64,000 nt of DNA from Octopus sinensis (lineage: Eukaryota), in NCBI RefSeq assembly GCF_006345805.1, contig NC_043014.1:17608001-17672000 (forward strand), in the 5' to 3' direction. The translations under genes were made by a program, and so were the position numbers. This document shows positions 55,440 through 64,000 of this stretch, piece after piece (position 1 is the stretch's first letter; the number at the start of each line of letters is the position of its first letter). The notes beneath the pieces are model-generated. The model searched no databases. It saw nothing but the letters and a program-made list of their open reading frames with translations, and was not told the origin of the DNA.

Positions 55440-55910
55440 CCATTGCAAGAGCCTCCACCTTACAGAAAAAATTACCGTCTTAGTCAAGGCTGGTGTGAAG
55501 AAGATGCCAGCAGCCAGATTCACCCCTTACTTGTAACAGTAAATGATAGAAAGTTGAAAGTTCCCATAAATTGCTACCTCAACATCACTAAAGCTAGACA
55601 TGGTACTGATTTCAGAAGAATCCAAGCAGGTGCTTCTGTTACAACTCTCCGTTCCCTGGAAGGACTGCATTGAAGAGGGAAATGAAAGAAAAAAGAAATA
55701 TGCTATGTTAGCAGAACTATATGAAAGGAATGCATGGCAAGCATGGTGCAATTGAATTGAGTTGGGATGTGGGGGATTTGCAGGCTAGTCTCTCTGTAGA
55801 GCTTACAACATGTTGGGTATCACAGGTGCCAGTAAACAGAAAGCCTTCATCAAGTTGACTATGAAGGAGAGGCTGCCATGAGGGAATTATGAGTCAGGAT
55901 GCATCAGTCC
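55440..55910 (+). mobile_element. Hero-like 3' fragment (restriction-like endonuclease domain)
   Basis: LVKAG ... SLKLDMVLISEESKQVLLLQLSVPWKDCIEEGNERKKKY ... IELGCGGFAG.SLCRAYNMLGITGA. Confidence 0.85.
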
Positions 55911-55939
55911 TGGATGTAAATGATACATCATTTCTACTA

Positions 55940-56130
55940 TAGGCACAAGGCCTGAAATTTTGGGAGAGGGGGCCAGTCGATTAGATCAATCTCCAGTATG
56001 CTTCTGGTACTTAATTTATCTACCCCAAAAGGATGAAAGACAATATCGACCTTGGCAGAATTTGAACTCAGAATGTAAAGACGGACAAAATACCTCTAAG
56101 CTTTTCACCCAGCATGCTAACGATTCTGCC
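55940..56130 (-). mobile_element. SINE family B
   Basis: GGATGAAAGACAATATCGACCTTGGCAGAATTTGAACTCAG. Confidence 0.8.
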
Positions 56131-56134
56131 AATG

Positions 56135-56830
56135 TCACAACTTTTTGCTATGACCTTCAGGAACTGGTCATACCTTCCAGTAGCAGTACTACAGAGAGAC
56201 AAGCTTGTGACTCTGACTTTCCTCAGCAAAAAAAGTTGGTTTGATGTGGTAGAACTTCATAAATTGCCTGAATTAGGAATTTTATTTGGTGGGGCTCCAC
56301 TCTCCAAGGGTCAAGCCATTAGACTTTGCATGCCACTACTTGCTCTCTTTTTATCCAGGCTCCTTACTGGTGTATCCCAACACACTTGCTGGCTTATTTC
56401 TATTCAACTAATTCTCCCACCTCATTCCAGATCTGTAGCCTCCTGTCATTATCTTTCACTGTATCAAAGCAAGATGTGATACTACCCAAGCTAGCCCTGA
56501 GATACAAACACTGTGTCTTAGCTTTGTCTTTGCAACCTCGACAGCCTCTACTTTCATTCTGTGCTAACTGCATTACCAGCTTGAGAGATTTTAGGGTTAT
56601 ATGAGTCTTGATATTGCAATACTTCCTCGGCACAGGTCACCGTTAATTTTTCTTTCAGGCAGCTGATGAAGAGCTTCAACATATTTTGTTCAAATAAAAC
56701 AATGTTTTTCAGACATGAACGAAGTACTAGCCAATTTTGCAGGAGCCTGTTAACTCTTCTCAAAACCTTCTACTGTGAATATTGTGACCTCATATATCAA
56801 GAGCAGCCAAAGAATCGTTGAAGGATGTCA
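56135..56830 (-). mobile_element. Hero-like middle fragment (post-RT to CCHC region)
   Basis: LQYQDSY.PKISQAG, RRLQIWNEV..GAW, WRVEPHQIKFLIQAIYEVLP, GRYDQFLKVIAKS. Confidence 0.8.
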
Positions 56831-56877
56831 TACTGGTGAATCCAGACCTTAAACTTGCCTGTTTGCTATGGATAATC

Positions 56878-57282
56878 AGTGGGAATAATTATTACCTCCT
56901 GGTGTTAATACTATCTCTATCGCTAATACGTATTTTTTTAATAAACTCCCTGGATAATCACGACACCAGTGTTTGTCCTGTCACTGATCTTCTATATATC
57001 GCTGCCTGAGAGAGGAGTCGCTGGTATCTCTAGTAGTCGAGCGTCATCACTGACGAGACCAGCGAAGGTCGAAATCGCGCGATCTGATAGTCTCGGCGCT
57101 GGAGATGGCGGTGATTTATCTCCCCGCCAACAATATAAACAAAAGTGCAGTTTGCCCCAAAAGCCTATATGAGAGTTTCTCTCATGATATGTACCGCAGT
57201 AAAGTTTGTTCTACCAGAATACCCACGTTTAAGTGGGGATAATTATTACCTCGCGTTATTAATACTGCCTCTGTCACTAATA
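56878..57282 (+). mobile_element. Retrozyme-like or PLE-derived non-coding element: 354-bp unit with 51-bp terminal direct repeats and an internal hammerhead
   Basis: AGTGGG.ATAATTATTACCTC..TTAATACT..CTCT.TC.CTAATA at 56878 and 57232 (42/51 identical). Hammerhead at 57037-57096. Confidence 0.65.
57037..57096 (+). ncRNA. Type I hammerhead ribozyme with intact catalytic core
   Basis: ATCA-CTGACGA-GACC[AGCGAA]GGTC-GAAA-TCGCGCGA-TC|TGAT: all core nucleotides canonical, perfect stem II, palindromic stem III ATCGCGCGAT, AUC cleavage after 57084. Distal stem I TCGAG/CTCGG lies beyond an internal loop. Confidence 0.88.
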
Positions 57283-57287
57283 TATAT

Positions 57288-57915
57288 ATATGTGAAATCA
57301 CAGGTGATATAGAACTAAATTCATTTTTTAAATGTCTTGCTTTGAAAAACTGCATTGGGTATGATTAGTGAAATTTTGGTAGTAATGACTTATGTCCCTC
57401 TTAGTGTGAGGCATTTATGTGTAATAATGCCCTCTATATAATATAAATTAATATGTTAAAAAAAAATATTATTTTCGAATTTTTCTCTTATGAGGTTTTT
57501 CACGCTAACTACCTGATAATTTCTTGTTAAGATTCCTTATTAAGAAGTTATCCTTAATTGTTAAATTTATTCCGAAAAAACTTTTCCTACCCGAAATACA
57601 GTTCGAAAAATCCCGCCAGTTACCGAATATATGATTTATAAACATCTCCATGTGCTTCGCCGGAGAGAGCAGTTGCCTGTTCGACTTCGCCAGGTAGTGT
57701 TGGTCGTTTATTTATGATGTGTTCAGAATCAGTTCTACCGATGAGCATAGACGCATTTTTTATGCGGTAAGTGTGAAATCACAGGTGATATAGAACTAAA
57801 TTCATTTTTTAAATGTCTTGCTTTGAAAAACTGCATTGGGTATGATTAGTGAAATTTTGGTAGTAATGACTTATGTCCCTCTTAGTGTGAGACATTTGTG
57901 TGTAATAATGCCCTC

Positions 57916-57925
<10 letters not shown>
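57288..57925. repeat. About 150-bp near-identical direct repeat (480-bp period) flanking a unique core
   Basis: GTGAAATCACAGGTGATATAG...GCCCTCTATATAAT at about 57292 and about 57772. Confidence 0.85.
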
Positions 57926-57964
<39 letters not shown>

Positions 57965-59399
57965 ATATATATAATCAGGGGTTGCACAGCAAGCGGAGAA
58001 CTAACAAAAAACACAATATACGGAAAACTAGACGATAACATAACAAACGGGAAACTGGACAAAAACAAGAAACACGGGACATTTGCAGCCGATTTCCTCC
58101 CCAGTCAATGTCCAGAATGTTCTAGTAGTTTTGCGCTTTTTAACATTGAGACTGCTCGATTCTGAGAGGCGCCAAAACATTAAGCTTCTGGGAAAAGCGA
58201 ACCAATGTATACAAGAACAAGGAAGCTAAAATAAATGTGTATACAATATGTGATGAAATAATACAAGTGCAACAGAAAAATAATTATACATATACAACAG
58301 AAAAATGTCTTTCGGCTATACTACAAAAGGAAAATAATTATACATCCTTAACAGAGAGGATCTTTCGACTACTAGACGAATGCAGTAGGTTAGCGCCAAG
58401 GAGAAATGGAAAGTCTTGACAGACTGAGCAGGAGAACAGACAAATGTGACCAGCTTAGACGGCGGCTGGTTGAAAAAGAACTGGCTAGGAAAGGAAGAGT
58501 TGTAGAGGGCAGATATATAAAGGTAATAAATAGGAAGAATCATTAAAAAGTCTGTCAGAGTGTCTTGCAGTATTCGTTTCGACTCCCTTGCGCTCCGATT
58601 TCTAATCCGGTGGAGGTAAAAATTGGCCTTTCGTCCTTTAAAATTCAATAAATAGAGCAGCGGTCCAGTACTGGGATTGATATTTCTTTTCTCGCTCCCC
58701 GCCGCCGACTGTCTCCTTTGGAAGAAATCGGCAATGTTCAAAGCTGGAAAGAGATTGACTCCGTCAGGTTTATACTGCTTAAGTACGCGTTATGTTACGA
58801 CGGTACAGCTTCAACTCAATGCAGAGTGCCATGCCCAATAATATTACTTGCTTTTACGAAAGTGATAGTTGCTGATTTCTTGGAAATAGCTGTGAGAAAT
58901 TAATCATTCACATATCTTTCTGAAATGGTGGAAGCGAAGGAATGTACGTTATTTGAGTTTGGGAAGAAAAGGAAAGAAAGAGAGAAAAGAAACAGAAAGC
59001 GGGAAGGAAAGAAAAAGGGGAGAGAGACTAAAAAGGAGAAATAGGGAAAGAGGAATGGAAGTAAAAAAGAAGAGAAAAAGATGAAACGAAGTAAGAGTGG
59101 GAGAAAGAAATAAATAAAGAAAAAGAAAATGAAATTGAGAAAGAAACAAAGAGAAAAAGTTAAAGAAAGAAAGACAAGACAGAAGGAAAGAAAAATTGAT
59201 AAACAGATTGATCGCTAGATAGATGATAATTAGTATTTTTTTTTAACCGGAACTTATTATGAAAAGAATTAAAACACAAAACTAACGTACCAATAAATTT
59301 TGGAGAAATATTTAAGAATCTTGATTAATATTTCTGTTTAGTTTTGTATTAATTTACTTCTATTAAAATAAGAAAGTTCATCCTTTGAACAATGATAAC

Positions 59400-59520
59400 A
59401 TGGTAACGTTCTCCAACGACCAGTAACTCTGGTATCAACATTTTCGGACCGCTTTGCATTAAAACACCTAAATAACATTTTATCCAGTCTTGGATATTTT
59501 GATGTTTTAACAGGTGGTGC
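59400..59520 (-). pseudogene. pogo/Tigger-type CENP-B HTH fragment
   Basis: KTSKYPRLDKMLFRCFNAKRSENV resembles the KY..L...L..WF...R..N pattern. Confidence 0.5.
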
Positions 59521-60799
59521 CATTAAGTTAGACATGGCCTAGGCTTATACTGGCCGAAACCTATCAAACTTATGTTTGCCACACACCGCAACATCAACTG
59601 GTCTCTGGACAAGCAATTAAGTGCACCATGTTTCTTAATGTCATACATAAACTGTTGAAGAACTGTTATATTCTCTCATAACAGCTTTTCACTTCCAGCT
59701 TTCGTAGCTCTGTTCTAAAGTTAGGGGGTGTGAGCACATAAAAAAAGGGCGCAGTGATACATACTAAACAATTTTTAACTCATTACTTTATATTTCGCGA
59801 AATATTTCATTAGTTATAATATATGTAACTATTTCACATTCATTAATTTTGTTTCATTAGCAATGTCTTTATGTATGAAACTTAACAACTACTAATTGTG
59901 ATTTGAAAAAGATGAAACTCCACAGGGTCGTCTAGTGTTGAGAGGTTATAATGTCAGGATTTGTTTTGGTACTTCAGATGTCAGCGGCTGCCAACACATC
60001 ACAGGAGATTGAACAGACAGTTCGAAAACACAAGTTGATAAAAAATAAAGTAATGACTCCAGAAAGTCTTTCCAAGGCCATGAGATGAACAAAGAAAAAA
60101 AATTCCACGTTTATTGCACAAGTGAACTGAATGAGTTAAAAAAATTATTAAAAAGACGCCTATTTTGAACAGTGTGCTTTGGTGGGTGAGATCCCCTTGC
60201 TCTCCTATTAGCTACGCCACTGTTTACTTCTTACCAACATTGTATAATTTCAAATTCCAGTTGTAATGAGAGAGTTACATGTTTTTTTTCTTCTTTTTTT
60301 CGCACCATTTCCACACTGGTTACTCATATTAATATCAGAAGAGATTTTCATCGATGGATGCACAGTATATAAGGAAAGGTATATACTAAACACTTAGGTG
60401 CTGGTCACTGTTATCTTCAACTTGTATGTTAACTATAACAGAAAATTGTAACAAAAGTTTGGTTGACAAGAACAAAAGTCTGTGTAAAGTTTACAAAATA
60501 ATCATTTCGTATGTGTTCGTGAAAGACGTGTGTGTCAGCCAAGATAGTTGACTGCAGTAATTACATTCTGTAGCCGAAGCTGAGCAGCGTAACTTCCTGC
60601 AGTCATTGGTCTTGGCTGTCTTGTAATCACTGCTCAGTTATTAAATAAACCCCCTATATACAGCCGATAAGTCCATTAAAGAAAAGACGCTAAAGACAAA
60701 ATCGTTAATGAGATTTCAATACTTTGTCTTAAAATGATTGTTTACAACTGGGACTCTAATGAGTTAAGCACATGCTGGCTCTACTATATTTTCGCCGGT

Positions 60800-61650
60800 T
60801 AAGGCGGCGAGCTGGCAGAAACGTTAGCACGCCGGGCGAAATGCGTAGCCGTATTCTCACGCTATTGTTCAGTGTCCGGAGATAACTGAAATGTGGGCTT
60901 ATGCTGAACATCTGATGTCCGGCGAAGGAAGAGTACAGCTGTCGACTGAGTCAATTATAAAAATTGACCCACCGGGAGTTCTAACGAACGAAGGTAAGAA
61001 TTGTTTTCTCACGGTTGTAGCAATAGCAAAAGAGGCAGTATGGAAGACTAGGATAAAAGGAATTAAGACAGGCAACTTTATCTCTGGTCACAATTTACGA
61101 TCCTTTTTTTCCTTTTCATTTGAAAAGGAAACTGTGGCTGGAGAAGAGGTGTCTGTCGGAGTGTACGTTCCAAAAGAGATGGAAGTATGTTGCACGAGTG
61201 TTGTGCGTGCAAGGAACCGTGTGAATAGACGAGAAAAAAAAAGGAAAAATAAAAAGGTATCAGCGGTAGATCGGGGCTTGTGAGATCGGAGCGTAACTTG
61301 ATCATCGCTTCATTTGTATTGTTTTTGTACTGTGTATTCCATTCGATTTTTATGTATTGTATTTTATTTTTGAAGTCACATTTATGTAAAATCATATCGA
61401 TTCACTGATCCCATCAGTTGTACTGTCCATATCTATGTTTGGCCCCCGGTGGGCAATAAAGAAATTCGTATTTCGTCTGCCGTTACGTTCTGAGTTCAAA
61501 TTCCGCCGAGGTTGACTTTGCCTTTCATCCTTTCGGGGTCGATAAATTAAGTACCAGTTACGCACTAGGGTCGATGTAATCGACTTAATCCGTTTGTCTG
61601 TCCTTGTTTGTCCCCTCTGTGTGTAGCCCCTTGTGGGTAGTAAAGAAATA
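60800..61650 (+). mobile_element. Young SINE family B copy (tail type 2) split by a LINE insertion
   Basis: 5' part 60800-60855 and 3' part 61467-61650. Flanking TSD TATTTT(TT)CGCCGGT at about 60787-60799 and 61651-61665. Confidence 0.92.
60856..61466 (+). mobile_element. 5'-truncated L1/Tx1-group LINE (ORF2 C-terminus plus 3' UTR)
   Basis: HAIVQCPEITEMW (end of the RT-associated zinc-binding motif), AIAKEAVWKTR, then after a frameshift FHLKRKLWLEKRCLSECTFQKRW. TSD CGTATT at 60850-60855 and 61467-61472. Confidence 0.85.
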
Positions 61651-62015
61651 TATTTTTTCGCCGGTCAGCCCACGGAGATAAGAATGGCTAGCTATTTGCT
61701 GACGTAATAAATCTCCCCAAAATCCTGTTTAATATATTTATTATTTTTTACATCTGAACACAGTGATTCAGGTTCGGTTCCTAGGAGCTTGTGTTTGGGA
61801 CTCTGCTAATATTCCTGCTACAAATATTAATAGCATAAAATGTACAACTTTGCAATTAATAGTACCTTGCTATATGAAGTATATACATAATATAGCTAAT
61901 AATAATAGTGCTGAGTCACTAATAGTCGTCTAACATTTACAACTTTACGAATCTGTCTATATCTGCTATTACTAAAGTATTAGTTTTTCTCGATTGTTCA
62001 TTACAGACAACTATA

Positions 62016-62488
62016 CAGTAATCCCTCGACTATCGCGGATGTCACATTCCAAACCCCTCCCCCGCGATAGGTGAAAATCCGCGAAGTAGAAACAATACTG
62101 TACTGCATATTATTTTAAAATTATTTTTATAATTTGTATTTATTTTATTATAAATGCAAGACAACACAACACATTCGCCTCTCGAGTTTCGTTTTCTGTA
62201 TAGTATGTATGTGCGATTCTTTGTTTACTCATCTACGGTACGCTGCGTATTTTCTTTTAAAATATTTTAATTAATGTGTTATACAGTGCAGTACTGTACT
62301 GTATTTTTTTTTAGCAATTTTTAGGAGTGAAATTACGTATAATAGCCACAGAAGTAATTAAAATCTAAAAAAATATAAACACCCATCGGCTGCAGAAACC
62401 CGCAATAAACTGAGAGGTTTGCGATATAAATTTACATATAATAGCTAGAAAAATTTGCGATGTGCTGAGAGCGCGATAAGTGAACCGT
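62016..62488 (+). mobile_element. Tigger/pogo-like MITE, right end truncated
   Basis: TA|CAGTAATCCCTCGACTATCGCGG left terminus; internal CCGCGA/GCGATA repeats. Confidence 0.65.
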
Positions 62489-62559
62489 GAGTCACTTTAA
62501 AAAAAACTTCGATTCAAAAACACCGTTTACAAACTCTATGCTTGGAATGACCAATTTTA

Positions 62560-62837
62560 GATACTATTGGAACTTACAAGGTACAGGAATCTTATACGTA
62601 TACCATTCTGCCTAAATAATGGAACTGAAGATACGATATTCCTGCAAATCTCACGTCTATTTTCATTCCCCCACTTCACTCTCTATTTCATATCTTATCT
62701 AGAATAACTATTGCTTAGCTATTTTCTCACACCGTCTCCGATGAAGGGATATATAAAATATTCCGGAAACAGCTGTAAGGCCTTCTATTTATAAATGCTC
62801 TGAAATCTTTACAGCCTTGGACTTCTATCACATTCTG

Positions 62838-62885
<48 letters not shown>

Positions 62886-63250
62886 GTCTATTGTCAGCAA
62901 CAGTGAGACAACGTCCCACACCCTTACTAGCTCTAATACCGTTCTCTTACAACATCATTCTAGCTCTCTCTCTGCAATTACTACTAAACAATGCAGAGAA
63001 CACAAACACAAACTTTACTTCGTATGCTTTTGGATTTATCATAACCTGCCCGTTGAGGCAAGGTATTGTAACGTAACGGTAAATAAATATTTCCTTAAAA
63101 CTTCATGCATTGTTTATCTTTCACATCCTACAACTTGCCGTTATAACAAATTTTTATCGTTATATCTGCTTACTCCGACATTTCATATTATTGTGTACCT
63201 AATCAATCTTACCCGTTATAGCTGGTAACTACACTAATTAAAACCTAACC
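62560..63250 (+). mobile_element. Penelope-like relic, sibling of 2300-3560
   Basis: Shared 350-bp segment and hammerhead-like motif at 62731-62782. Confidence 0.55.
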
Positions 63251-63253
63251 ATT

Positions 63254-63305
<52 letters not shown>

Positions 63306-63308
<3 letters not shown>

Positions 63309-63559
63309 ATGGTTGTATACTGTCAATCTAACAAGAACGTGACAGTAGGGGGTACACCACCGCTGTATAGCCCTAGGAAGCATCGAACGCCTCCTGATGG
63401 CTTTGACACATTCCCCCCCCCCCAAGTATATGTATATAAGGACACTGGGAAAAATGTGTCAAAGCCATCAGGAGGCGTTCGATGCTTCCTAGGGCTATAC
63501 AGCGGTGGTGTACCCCCTACAGTCACGTTCTTGTTAGATTGACAGTATACAACCATTCT
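63306..63559. repeat. Near-perfect palindrome (107-bp arms, 1 mismatch, 40-nt spacer); probable young foldback MITE
   Basis: Arms 63306-63412 and 63453-63559; the single mismatch is 63344/63521. Confidence 0.95.
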
Positions 63560-63613
63560 ATCGCCACACCACCGTACAAGTCTCTACGAGAGATTTAGAA
63601 ATTCAATATTTCT

Positions 63614-63648
<35 letters not shown>

Positions 63649-63771
63649 TATTACAGATACAGGGTAAAGAATTATTAATTTAATAATTAATAAATTTTAC
63701 CAAGTAGTTTCGGTATGGAAAGAGAACCATTATCGGTAGAAGCTTTTGCAAAAAGTTTTTTTATATATATC

Positions 63772-64000
63772 TCTTATTATAAAAGGCAGATTTTATCTGC
63801 CTCCCTTTGTAACTTATAGAAATCTACAATATAGGATTTCTTCAATTACAATTTACCTAGCATTTTTAAGAGTAGAATGCATCGGGTCATGCCAGGTCCA
63901 GTTTTTAAAATTTAAACTCCAATTAAGCAAAATTTACAGAAAACTCACATTCTGGTGTGTATGTCAAATGCTTTTCTTAATGTGGTTTACACCACACGCA
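63772..64000 (+). mobile_element. 5' end of non-autonomous Helitron-like element (runs off the window)
   Basis: Near-identical reverse complement of about 6125-6360. Confidence 0.65.

Noticed and set aside
58316-58741. 141-aa ORF on the - strand
   Set aside because: No recognisable motif or splice context; left uncalled.
60800-60855. tRNA-like heads with A/B boxes as tRNA genes (all SINE copies)
   Set aside because: No complete cloverleaf; each runs directly into a SINE body.
63309-63556. Twin 77-aa ORFs on opposite strands
   Set aside because: Artefact of the palindrome.

Overview
AT-rich, microsatellite- and transposon-dense eukaryotic DNA. It is most likely an octopod cephalopod (Octopus-like) genome; this is inferred from the tRNA-derived SINE families and the (TA)n/(CA)n load. 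Only one credible host CDS is visible: a 75-aa hydrophobic protein at 53647-53874 behind a splice acceptor. A well-bounded 69-bp orphan exon and a CpG-decay domain (~27-56 kb) hint at a long + strand transcription unit. The rest is mobile DNA: a degenerate Mag-clade Gypsy element with both LTRs, an internally deleted Helitron, several Tc1/mariner remnants, Merlin-like, piggyBac-like and foldback MITEs, RTE, Hero (R2 group) and L1/Tx1 LINE fragments, Penelope-like relics and about 25 SINE copies. Highlights: (1) an apparently intact type I hammerhead ribozyme inside a 354-bp unit with terminal direct repeats (retrozyme-like), plus two more hammerheads in a Penelope-like family; (2) an L1/Tx1-group LINE inserted into a SINE that shares its 3' stem-loop tail, with both TSDs preserved; (3) a 4x28-bp array of tRNA-Ser primer-binding sites in the Gypsy element; (4) a Hero element whose 3' end is inverted in place; (5) several long near-perfect hairpins. 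No rRNA, true tRNA gene or CRISPR array was seen. All family assignments are by-eye motif recognition, not database searches.
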